Shown here one piece after another: positions 39,154-51,849 of a DNA stretch of 64,000 nucleotides (position 1 is its first letter; every line of letters begins with the position of its first letter). Made by a program: the position numbers and the translations under genes. The notes under the pieces were generated by a model. The model was not told the origin of the DNA. It searched no databases and saw only the letters and a list, made by a program, of their open reading frames with translations. This stretch comes from Syncephalis fuscata S228 (taxonomy: Eukaryota; Fungi; Zoopagomycota), in NCBI GenBank assembly GCA_025786725.1, contig JAHLTZ010000013.1, positions 310,001 through 374,000 of the forward strand, in the 5' to 3' direction.

Positions 39154-39494
39154 ATGACACAGAAACTTAAATATTTACGTGTACGTCCACGTAAGATGAT
39201 TCAAGGCAGTCCATGTGTTGCTGAAATGGTTGCCATGCTTAATTGCTGGGGAGTAAGCGCACCAGACGATCCAAAGTGTGCTCATACTGCCAAAGCACTA
39301 GCTATTTGTATGGAGAATCTGGCAAGTAGTTTTATATTAAATAACGCGTTTTATTAACTAATTACTACGGATTCATACATATATATGTATATATGTATGT
39401 ATGTATTTCTAATATATATAATATATAGCCCAAGACATCAAAAAAGACCAGTTCAATTAATTATCATCTGGCACGATTGGGCAAACTATTATAG
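39154..39494 (+). CDS. MRP10: Mitochondrial ribosomal protein mS37 (Mrp10, twin CX9C); GC-AG intron 39322-39428
   Basis: MTQKLKYLRVRPRKMIQGSPCVAEMVAMLNCW..DPKCAHTAKALAICMENL|PKTSKKTSSINYHLARLGKLL*. Confidence 0.88.
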
Positions 39495-39618
39495 AAGAAA
39501 CAAGGATGGATCAATGATTAAAACACAATATAAAACTGTTAATTCACTATTTAATCCTATTATAATGTATTTACTAATAATAATAATAATAATAATATGA
39601 ATATGAATAGTGTATATA

Positions 39619-41338
39619 TTAAGATAGACCAGCAAAGAATGATGATTCAGCCACGGGTTTATTCTTCTTTGGCTTCTTTAATTGAACATTCTTTAGCTTT
39701 TTACGACCACGCTTCTTTTTCTTCTTTGTACTCTCGTCATCACTCTCGTCATCACTATCCTCTTCATCGTCATTGTCATCATCTTTATGATCATTGTCTT
39801 TAGTTTTAGTATCTAGTTTACTAGAACGAGCGTCTATTTCATCATCATCATCATCTGTAGTTTCAGCTGTTTCCTTGATATTGTTACTATCCTCTTCATC
39901 TTGCTCAGTATCATCAAAGTCATTGTCTTCATCTTCATCTTCATCTTCATCCATAAGTGCATTTAATCCTGCTTCTACATCCCAGAATCGAATAGTTTGG
40001 TCATGAGAACAACTACCAAGAAAACGACGATCATGCGATAAAGCAATCTGTTCCACTGGAAAGTGGTCATGTTCTCCGATACATCCAATAAATTTATTGG
40101 GCAGTATTTGACATACTCTAATTAATAAATAGCCTATTAATGATGGTGTTAATATAATATATAGTAATCACTACCTAATAAGCCCATCACTTGATCCTGT
40201 AAATATTGTATTGTCATCCCATGTACAAATTGAATCAATTGAAGATGGATGTCCAGGCATACGATCTTTAATGTCACCCCAATCATCCCAATGGAATAGA
40301 TTAAGTATGCCATCCTGTGTACCACACACCAATTTAGTGCCATTCTATAATTAGATATGAATTATATATCAATTAGATATATGTCATTGTGTAATCATTG
40401 ATTTACCTTTACCAAGGCCAATGACAATAATTCATCTTCAATATTATCAGATCTGGCAACAATATCTGGTCGACGTACATCGAATACAGATAGATAGCCA
40501 TCACCTCTATTTAATATGATCTATATTAATCATAGACAAATATACTCTATGATATACTTACCCGGCTACTAATAGACGCTTCTTATCGGGTACATAGAGC
40601 ATGTCGGCAATAAAATCTTCATTATCTTCGTATTTCTGTACAACCTTTTCCATTCTACTGTCCCAAATCTATTAATAGTGTTATTGTTACTATTATAGTA
40701 CAGAAACGATAACTATTTAGTCTATTTACCTTGACACGACCCAAATCATCACCAGTAGCCACCCAATTGTAGGATATTGAGTGGACACAATTAATAGCAA
40801 TACTAGTTATATTATATAGCAATTAATATACAACTACTATAATCTATCTGTTAACCTACCCGTGAGCCTTTTCTTTTTGGAATAGTAACTTTCCAGTTTC
40901 AACATCAACTGAGGCAAATGATTTATCGCGTGATACAGTAAATAAGGCTATATTATACTATAAGTATTTATGGTATACTAGTTTTATTAGATGGTCTATT
41001 ACCTGTGCCATCTATGTTAAATTTAATATCGCGAACTGATTTGCGATGATGTTCCATAAACAATAATTCCTCATACTCTTCGGCCTCTGTATCTTCTTCG
41101 TTCATATTATACTGGAAACTGTATATTGTTAGTTTTACTCAATAAAATAGAGAGTAGCTTACCAGTGAGCCATGCCATTGACCAAACAGGCCGCTACCAG
41201 TGAATCACTAGGATGAAAGTCAAGTCCAAGTACATGGGCGTCCAATTTAATAGGGCTTGGTGCACTTTCACTCGATGCCACTGTTATTTATATAGTTGGG
41301 CGTTAATATATAATAGTATTTATTATCTATGACTTACT
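39619..41338 (-). CDS. JIP5: WD40 ribosome-biogenesis protein WDR55/Jip5
   Basis: LGLDFHPS, HHRKSVRDIKF, VATGDDLGRV, LLVAG|GDGYLSVFDVR, SDNIEDELLS, WDDWGDIKDRMPGHP, LGSCSHDQTIRFWD, acidic tail ending FFAGLS*. Confidence 0.85.
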
Positions 41339-41536
41339 TGTTACTGACGTCTTCGTTTGTTGTTCGTAATTAGGAGTAAGAGTGAGAGGGTGAGAGAGAA
41401 AGTGAATTAGTCAATTAAAGGTGAATAGTAATTTTTTTCTTTTTTTTCTTTTTAACACCACTTTAGCTGCTTTGCTTTATACTGGCCATATCCTATTATT
41501 TGTTATTAGCAAGTACTGTTATACTATTAGTTTGCT

Positions 41537-43203
41537 ATGAAGAATCAAGTGAAGTTATTTGAGTTGGAGAAGTATCGATCAGCTGCTACAGTAGTGATGG
41601 TATGTAATAATTATCAAGTAATTCAAATATATATATTTACTAACTAATACTATGAATATAGCGGCGTTAAACCAAGTATTGTCGTTGGTTCAACCGGGTA
41701 TCAGTGTGTTATCACTCTGTCAAGCGGGTGATCAGGCCATTCAACAACTTGTAAGTCATTATTATTAATAACTGGTATTAATAGAAGGGGTTGTCGTATT
41801 AACACGTAATATACCAATAATATTGATGTAGGTGAATGGAGTACATCGCAAAGTGAAGCGTGCCGATAAAGGTGTGGCCTGGCCTACTTGTGTATCGGTT
41901 AACCATGCTGTTCAACATGTATCTCCATTGGCTGATGACACTGATGCATTGGCTACTCAGGTACTCGTACCAGGCGATCTAGTTAAAATGTAAGTAAACT
42001 GGTTAAAAGATGTAGAATGATGGTTAACAGTGAAAATGAATCATGATTAGTGATATGGCGGCCCATATTGATGGCTATATTGCAACTGCTGCTCATACAA
42101 CAGTTACACCTACTGGCATTCCTGAACCTACTAATGGTATAGTTTATTGATAATTACTATTGGTAATTGATATAAATACTAATACGTTGTAATGCTATTT
42201 AGGACCATCGGCTGATGCAGTATGTGCTGCTTATTATGGTGCTGAGGTGGCATTGCGACACATTCGTCCTGGACAATCGGTAATTACTTTTGCTATTATT
42301 CTATTGGCTTTTGATGACTGACAAGTATACAAATAGAGCAAAGCAGTTATTGAAGCCATCCAACAAGTGGCCGACTGCTTTAAATGTAATCCTGTTGAAG
42401 GCACAGCATCACATCTACTGCAGCGATATGTGTTTAATGATGGTCAACATGTAATGCCATTTAGTTATATACCGCTATTCAACTATACTAATGATAGACG
42501 TATATTTTATGTTTTTTATTTATATATTTATATATAGGTTATTCCTAATTATGTTGATGCTGATAACGAAGTTAATGAATTTGAATTTGAAGCAAATCAA
42601 ATCTACTCTATTAATATTGTTATGAGTTCGGGTCAAGGATTAGTGCGAGAGCATCCAATGAAAACGGGTATTTATCAGCGTAATCTTAATGTGAATTATC
42701 AATTACGACTTCAGTCATCGCGTGCTCTGTACACTCATGTAACTCAACAACACCCAGTATTTCCATTTGCTTATCGGTAAGACCCTTTGGTTATCGGCGT
42801 TACGTTGTAATAATATCTAACATTACATTGTACTATGTAGCACTATTGAAGATATTCGTTTAAGAGCAGGTTTGAATGAATGTTTAAGCCATGATCTTTT
42901 GGTGCCATATGTTGCTCTATGCGAGAAATCTGGTAAGTTACTATTTAATTGTTACTAACACAAATAACTAATGTATATTTAGGAGGCATGGTGGCACAAT
43001 ATAAATTAACTGTAGTCTGTACACCAGATGGACCGGTGCGATTAACGACAAGCACTCACGCGCTACCCTATGTTCACTCGGCATGGAATCTAGATACATT
43101 GCCGGAATTGGCTGCACTGATCCAAACACCGGTAACAGAGACAAAAAATGATTCTGCGGCTATTGAAGCGGCAGAGGGAGCAGCAATGGATATGGATCTT
43201 TAA
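41537..43203 (+). CDS. Peptidase M24-fold, probably non-catalytic PA2G4/Ebp1/Arx1-family protein
   Basis: LEKYRSAA, LSLCQAGD, KGVAWPTCVSVNH, GDLVKIDMAAHIDGYIATAAHT, CNPVEGTASH, EFEANQIYSINI, YQLRLQSSR, PVFPFAYR, LVPYVALCEK. Confidence 0.85.
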
Positions 43204-44369
43204 TAATATAGAAATTATTATATGACTCAATGTTATTGAATATAAGTGTTTATGTTTATATTGTTGTAATATGGTTGTTATAAGTGTTGGTAGAGAAGAT
43301 GGTTTGTATGAATGTTATTGCCAAGTAATTGAATAAAAAATGACAAATTTAGTTAATAATGAAAGTAAAGCCAAGTTTTAAGCTTATGCTAGGAATGCTC
43401 ACACCAGTTTGTATAATCTTGTCTGTACTTGCTATGAACATACTCAGCTTAATAAAATATAACAATATTTGCTTAACAAACAAAAGTGGTGCCTTTTAAA
43501 TATAGACTAATATAACGTATAGCTATAAAGTATACAACCAACAGCTAGTTGCAAATTTTACTGGTAAATATGGTACACAGGTTAGTAAAAATAGTGTGAT
43601 AATGAGAAGGTCGATACAACTTTGTAAGTCATAATTGGCTACACAGCAGAAAGAATATTAGCATGGAAGACGCAGGAGAAATAGAGAAGAAAGTAACAAT
43701 ATTAATGATCAAAGTGATGATGATTTGTAAAAGGTCAGATTACAAAACAGCAATGCAAGAGAGTAATGTAAATAGTGTTTGTACTTGACTAGTAGTCAGT
43801 CAACTACTGACACTATCTAGTTAGCATATATAGAGTATACAAGTATATGTAGTGGATATATGTTATCAAGTGTAAAGAAAGAGAAAAAGAATGTGATGAC
43901 GTAGATTGTGAGATGTGAGTCTGTCAGTCAATATTTATAAACAGCCGAGTTTAATTGATTAATAAATGGAGTGTAAATAATAAAAGTCAATCTACCCAAC
44001 ATGTCAGTACATCATAGAACAGATTGATAGTAAATGCATTAAGAACAAGTCATTTAACCACCAAAACTACTCATTATCATAGAACATATATTCAGTATAA
44101 TAGCAAATACAATAAAAAACCAATTAAAGAATAAAGGCAATTTACACCATAGATTATTATTATAAAACATACCAATTCTCCTCATATTATAAAAATAAAA
44201 TTCGTTAAACCATTCAATTTGGTTAAGTAATAACGTGTTAGTAAACTAAGATTAACAATATTTATTCATGATATAAAAACACAAGCTTTATTAAATAATT
44301 AATATTATGGTTTGCGTAATTGTTAGCAAGTACTCACCTTTTATAAAATGGGTATTTAGTAAGGCGGGC

Positions 44370-47001
44370 TTATTGAAAAGGCTGCACCCGTATGGCAGAA
44401 TCTTGACGCTTGTATTTAGACTTGCACTGACGCGATGGGCATCGACGTAGACGATCAAGCGCTTGCCGCTGAACTCTTCTTGCTGCTGGTCCTCCAAGTG
44501 CTGTTGGACCTATCGCTGCTGTTAGTGTCGCTGCTGCTGCTAACACTGGCACAGTTGATGCAACTGGTGCTACCGGTGTTACTGCAGCAGCTGGCACCAC
44601 AGGCGCAATAATTGTAGGCGTTCCAGTTGGCAGTGGTGGAGGAGCAACTGTTGTTGTTGTTGCAGTTGATGACGATGCAGTTGCTGATACTGGTGGTGGT
44701 GGTGCTACTAGAGCTGATGCAGCTGATGTAGCTTGCGCTAACGCTGTCAACATTGCCACCCTTGCTGCTGCTGCTGCTAATGCTGTAGCAGAAAGTGGCG
44801 CAGGTGGTGTAAATAGGGATGGTGCCCGTGGCGCTACTGGTGTTTGTGTTCCGGCAGCAGCAGCAGCTAATGCGGCCGCCTCTGCTAGCGCTGTTGGTGT
44901 TGATTCTGCTGGCATTGCCGGTATCGCTAGTGCTGGTAACGCCAGTGCTGCTAATTCTCCTAATGCCGGTAGTGCAGCAGCAACAGCTAAGCTTACTGTT
45001 GCTTCTAGTACATCTGGTCCTACTGATTCTGTTTCACTTAAGCCTGAACTGGGAGGTCGTGGCCCTATACCCATTATCCCTGACACACCATCAAACCAGG
45101 GAGAGCTTAGCGCCTGAGCCGCTGTATACCGCGTGCTGCTGTCAATGTCAAGTAGACCCGTTATTAAACGGATAACTACGCAATGTTAGTTATTGTCAAT
45201 AAACAAATATTTAACTACTTTCATCATCGATCTGACCCGGTGGTCCAAAATTAAGCGGTGTTTGGAATATATCTTTTATATAACCAAAATACCCATTTTG
45301 GTAATCATAAGGATAGAAACCTAATTACAGTATAGAATAATTAGTCAATATTGTGTTTTGATTTTTTGTTTGTACTTATTAATGCTTCATAAAGTATTAC
45401 TCCCAAACTCCACCTGTCGATGGGTGTATCATACCCACGGATATTTAATGGAGGTGAAGTTAGATGATTGTAGATTACTTGATCTTTCTCAGCTCTGGCG
45501 GCTGCCGGTATATTCACACCTATGCTTGATGATAACAGCACTTCAGGTGCCATATATGGCATAGTGCCACAAAGAACATGTGTCATGGATGGTCTTATAA
45601 ATTGAGCCATATCGAAATTCGTATATGCGACATCAGGAAGTTTAATATTGTTCCATAGTAATATATTATTGGGCTAGTTAGTTGTTAATAATTATGCTTA
45701 ATAATAAATAAATAAATAAATTAACTTACCGCCATGTACAATATTCATACTATGCAAAAATAGTACAACGTTAGTAATTTAGTTACTAGTTATAATAATA
45801 CTTACTTTAATATCTTCAAATGATTGCTTGAAGATATGTTTTAAATCATCCACTGAAAGTGGATAGCGATGGCCAAGATAGCTAGTCAGATTATCACCCT
45901 GCAAGTAATCAAGAACCGAATAGACTTTGTAGAAAGTACATATTCCTTTTATCAGATTTACAAAGTGTCTGTCGCTTTTTACTGCCTTTAAAACATCAAT
46001 TTCGTTTTCAATTGATATGTCTTTAGCAGCATTGCGCTTTTTCAAATCAAATCCTAAGCGTACTCTGCTAAAGCTACCTTTGTTATAACTCATTAGTTAT
46101 TTAGTTATTACAATTAGTCTAGATACTTACTGGCCAACATATTTATCGGTGAGTGTATAGCGTCTATCAATTTTCTACGATAGCAATAAATAAGTTATTT
46201 TAGTATCAAACTAAACTTATAAACTTACATCTATATACTCTTGTGTATACTCCTTTAATCTAATGTTAACGAGGCCAAGTTTGTGAACAGTAAGCGTTGT
46301 TGCAGTTTATGGGTAAAAATGATAATAATGAACATTTGCTTCTTACTTTTACGTTCAGATATTTTTATAAAACAAGTATCTGCATGTTGAATGGCTCCAT
46401 GTTGAGACACACTATGATTATTGACTAAATTAAATATTAATAACCTAATTATTGTTATTTATTCGAACTAACCAAATAAAATTGATAATCCAATATTCTA
46501 ATTAATAGTTAGTAAAAGTTGTTAAATAATTATTTACTTACTGTAAATGTAATAGTTTGACGGTTCTATGTTAATTCATAATTAATAACCGCTTATTAAA
46601 ACGTATAATGTACTTACTGCTGATATTGTAAAACAAACTTGCGGCATGCCAGTCACTTTTAAAATACAAGAACTGTTTGCCATATGCTATATAATTAGTT
46701 TAATATTATATATAAATGCCATTTATACTTACCATTATCGGCTAGCACCAACAGTAAACTCTTGACTATCTAGCGAGATAAATTTTAGACGCTTATTATT
46801 TAGATAGATTTATATTTAGCATTAATTTGATATACCTTGAGCTCTCCGACCAAACATCTCAACCCAGCCAACAGCATTATCGCGCTCATTTTGCGCCAAA
46901 TTGTCCCAGCAGCTTGGGACTTTTTCATGAAAAACATCACCACTTCTTAATTGGCTTGACGATAATGTAGCGGTAGATTATTGTATGTTTAAAAGATTCA
47001 T
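44370..47001 (-). pseudogene. Degenerate FHA-like plus CAMK/Chk2-type kinase gene with Ala/Pro-rich C-terminal tract
   Basis: GSFSRVRLG, ENEIDVLKAV, VLDYLQGDNL, FLHSMNIVHG, PNNILL, NFDMAQ (in place of DFG), LCGTMPYMAPEVL, GYDTPIDRWSLGVILYE. In-frame stops and missing segments in the N-terminal part. Confidence 0.65.
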
Positions 47002-49080
47002 GGTGTCAAAATAAAGTAGAATTTGTGACAGCAAATTGTTGCTTGAGGTAAAGAAGCAAAGGTTGAGATTGAGTAGCTGTTTGAAGTAAAGAAACATAAG
47101 TTGATGGTGAAATACTAGCAGTATTTAAGCTAAAATAAACTTATAACTTATTTTAGAGCAATTACGTTTATTGGTTAAAAACAATTAGAGCAAAGCAATA
47201 TGTATAAAGAAACAATATAATTATATTGTTCTAAATGCATTATGATGTTTTGAGCATCAATGCTTAGAAGCTTTGATGCTATAAATAAATGTTGAAAATA
47301 TTTAGCACAAAATAGGTATGATTTATGCAGGATTATGCTTGTTTGTTAACTGAAACAATCAGAACAAATACGAGGTGTAAAGAACAATGCATTTTTATTT
47401 TCTAGCTGCATTGCAACACTTTGAACACTAGTATTGAAGCTTCTAGTGTCATACACACATACTGAATAAACAGGTACAAAGATTGGCATATGTACTTCCG
47501 TTGAATAACTGCACCAACGTGCTGCATAAATGTAAACGAATGGACAATGTTACAGTGCTATTTGGAGTTCAAATAATAAAGCCGCAATACTATTTTATTA
47601 TACAACTATTCTAATGTAGTATTTTGTACTATATTTTGTTACTGATATTACAGTTGTTTTTACAAATTGTAAAATAAACTATTTCAGCCATCAGTATTTT
47701 GAATAGCCATTTTGCCTGCATGTATGTACAATATTATTATGTTACATATTGACAATGAACTAATAAAATCACATGTTCAACATTGTTTTCATCCAGTCAG
47801 TTTCAACACGCCTTTGTTATGCAGTGTACGTGTTCTATTTATATCTCTACTTAACAATGTTAAAACTTAATGGACAAATCATGTGTTAGAATCTATAAGC
47901 TTTGCCAAAAAGCGCAATTTACAATGTGCTCAATGACATACTTTGTGAAAGGCAAATAGAGACAAAGAAATATAGAAATTGATTGTATTTTATTGCTGTA
48001 GTCGATAATCACGGTAAACTAACAAAAGTAATAATAATGAAATCGTTATTGCAATATTATACTGCACCAATAAATAAACAATTTCAATTGATAATTAAAT
48101 ATTATTAGGCAGTATAATGATGTATAATATGATAAATATACAATGTAAGAAATATGAATGGCAATGTTGAAGCTGGAATGTAAGTGGTACAATAAATAGA
48201 ATAAGCAAAATAAATTGTAACTTACAATCAATAAAGCAAATATCATACATTTTTTTTAATAATAAATGAATATTGTACAATAAAATTGTATATAGTAGAA
48301 CGAATATATGATGAGAAATAATAAATAGATAAGACAAAATCAGTGCACTATTCATAGAAAGACTATGGATATATCAAGTGTCACCAAGTGAATGACATCC
48401 AGGTTATCCTATGACAATAAAGCTTTTATAGGAATAGCTATTGATTAATTACAATGATTGTGCGACAAGAGAATGTTATTGACATATAAATAGCATTACG
48501 ATTATCTTGCTGCTGCTACAAATAAATGCAAAACAATATCACCATGGTATATAAATAACAGTATTGATATAGTGTTTATATAATATTGTTTATTGACTAT
48601 ATTATTTATGTGCTATCTTCGCTAAAAATCATATTAGTTGTGCCATATACTGATTTATGGCAAAGAAAGTGGCAATGTAGTCATACACATTGTTATAAAT
48701 CTATAAATTGCTCAAAATATATTATTTTATATTAAAAAATACATAAAGTATAATGTAAGAAAATAATGTTTTTTAAAATTTTAGTCTATAGCCAAGTATC
48801 CGGTATAAGTAAAAAATGATGTAAAATAGTATTGCTTCACGTACATAAACTATGTAGGACCAAATATTTGGCAATGGTCATACCGGGACATGATACTATT
48901 GAGTAAATGATATAATATAATGTGGTAATTAAGTTACAACAAAAACCATATTATTCATATAAATACTTAGCAATAGGAAATAATAAAGAGCTTGCTCAAC
49001 TCCAATTTATTAAATAACTGTTGTCAAATTTATTATTGTTTTTATTGTAATGATAATCTAACAATAGTTATTTAGTAAGT

Positions 49081-50671
49081 TTAAACCAGTTCAGGTACAA
49101 AGCTTGTAACGAGCGTTGTCTCATTATTAGTCAATAACATATGGCCAAATGCAAATATACGATGCTGTACATTTGATATTGGAAACTGGTGGATATTTAC
49201 ACTTTCTGTTACAAAATCAATAACATAATAATGTTTTGCAAAATAATTATAACAGACAATTTTTGTATTAATAAAATGCTGAAAAAAACAAAGCCTGTCG
49301 ACTGAGGTCATTATAGCAATGTTGTGAATAATTTCTCCATTTAATAGTGAAATAACAATTAACAATGAGTTGTTATCCAAGTGGAATGCGGCCAAATTGT
49401 ATGCTGAAATTAAAATTGAATATTCATAATTTTTACTGAATAAATGCGTTCAAAAATAATTTCTTTGTTTAAAGATATTACTCGAATGTAGCGTTAATGA
49501 TTCCTTATGTTGCTGTTCAATGTTTAACTGCTTAAGCAAAAATTGCAATAAGCCAATATTCAATCACAGTCAACTGAATAAATTCCACATTTCATTGTTC
49601 AGTGAAATTGGAGAATATTATATGATCCGAAATAATTGTAGTCATTTGTGAAATGTAATGTTTAATTATTTTCGAATTTATACCAGTCTTTAATGGAATG
49701 CAGACTACTTTGTAGCTAAGTTTGCATTTTCCATAAAGGTATCGTATAATAATTGTGTCATTATTGTTTGTTGTATGTAATTTGTTATTGTAGGAGTCGC
49801 TGGGATTGGGAAAGATAATGGATTGAGGTTTGTACGACTGTGATGTCGAGTCAATGCTATAGATTAGTCGAGTATAGTAGGATAGTTGTGAATTGTTGGA
49901 TAAATCAATAATCTGTGAACAAGAAAACAACAAAGATGCAACTATAATTCTACCATCCCAATAACCTTTAATATCGATTGAATTCAATAATTGACGATTA
50001 TTTGCGTTCCATATTTAAAGTACTTCAATGGTGGTTCTAACATATACTAAATGTATAATTAAATGCATATTTGCATCGGTGTCAGCTACTTGCTGTCGAC
50101 ATCGATAAAACTCCATATTTTCTATCAAGTTAGAAGTATATTTTTTCAAATTTAGTGAATGCACTTTCACTGTATTTTTTATTGAGAGCTTAATCAAATC
50201 AACAGAGGAATGATCGTAATCTGTTATTGCAATCCATCCAGGATAGCTTGCTCTAGTTTCAGCTCTATTACCTAATAATAATTTATCTATTATAGGGGAT
50301 CTTATATAAGTTGTTGATATTGGTTTATTCTTCTGCCAATTTATGCCCATGGTGATACGTTGACCATATTGCTTAAACCAAATTAAGCTTGCTGTAATTC
50401 TATTCTCCACATCAGCTGCTGCTTCTGCTATTTCTGGTTTCTGTTCCAGCTGCCATTGTAACCAGTCAATATCGGTATCGGTATCCCAAGGGGAATGTTG
50501 CTGGTATAGTATCTGCCAAAAGCCAACACATTTGATAATTGAGTTATACAATACTTTGCAAGTGCGTGCCAAAGCTACTGTGGTAGTTACCCCACTAAAC
50601 TTAGATACATAATGAACTATCTCGGTGACTAACCATATATTTGGCAAAGTGTTATTATTCTGTGTTGACAT
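49081..50671 (-). pseudogene. F-box-like protein, fragmented
   Basis: LPNIWLVTEIVHYVSKFSGVTTTVALARTCKVLYNSI...FWQILY is F-box-like; WFKQYGQRITMGINWQK follows. Continues through three broken ORFs. Confidence 0.6.
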
Positions 50672-51614
50672 TATGGAAACAAAACTGAGCAAAAAGAAAT
50701 GCTTACTTGTAGCAAGCAAAGCCTTTGGACTAAATAGGATGACGTATTAAACTGTAAATAGCGTCACTCAAATTAAATATTTTGACGTAAACAGTTACTT
50801 TTTTGTAAAATAGCTTAACTTTATATACACGCTTTAATTCAATTTTATTAATTGTACTTGAAATTTCTTTCTCGCCATCTATTGTATAGTATAGCTATTA
50901 TTAGAGTTTTGACAGTATTATAAATATGTAATACTGTCACTCAATAATAATAAAGGCAACTTTTTTATAGCCAATTCATTTAGCTTATTATCAAGTTTAG
51001 ACAGTTGGAATTTCTGTAATAAATTACTGATTCAACCTATTGATGGGCACTAAAGCTGCTAAAATATTAATTACATAATCTTTATTGATTTAGTATTTAA
51101 TTGTATGACTGCTATTTTTCTCTTTTTTTCTTTAGTTGTTTGGCCGACGTTACGCCATAATATTCTGATGTTGAATACAAGCAATAGAAGCGTTTAACTC
51201 ATAATCAGTTAACGTTGAAATTGTATATTAATACTGTAAAAGTATTTATTTATTATTTTGACAACTCGCTTATCCATAATTATTTGAATTATCGTTCGAA
51301 ATTATTAAAAAATAAAACAAAAATTTAGTCATGCTTTATTTAAGCGATTTTAAATGTATGAGTATTTTGAATTTAATAATTTATTAAAATGTGTAGTAGA
51401 TTAAGTATTATTAACTAATTATAATTGGCTTAATTAGTGTCCGTTAATTATAACTTCAATGGTATCCAAGTAAGCGATAAGGTATTTATAGGAATAGCAA
51501 TTTAAAAATAAAGAAGTCGATGTAAAAATAAAATGTAATATAAACAAGTGAGGTACAAATAGCAATAGTATAATATTGTGAAAATATGATGATATTATGA
51601 ACACATGCATATGA

Positions 51615-51720
51615 ATATATGCGTATTGGATAATAATCTACAATGATGAGTATTTGATGATTGATGTCACTCACCACCCATCATTATGTTCAATAGATTG
51701 GATGTTATTAAATGTTAGTC
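51615..51720 (-). repeat. Repeat C' (inverted copy of 26760-26868), with a partial echo at about 51770-51798
   Basis: Reverse-complement match with scattered substitutions. Confidence 0.85.
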
Positions 51721-51849
51721 ACTTGTCCCCCAAACAAACAAACAATGTGATAATGTGATGATTAAATAAAACTCACCACTTGTCCCCATGTTCAATAGAA
51801 CAAAAATGTAGTTTAACTACGCGAATGTTACAAAAAAAAGTCATTTGAC

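Noticed and set aside
47200-48900. Possible gene or transposase in AT-rich DNA
   Set aside because: Only short low-complexity ORFs, with no motif I can support.
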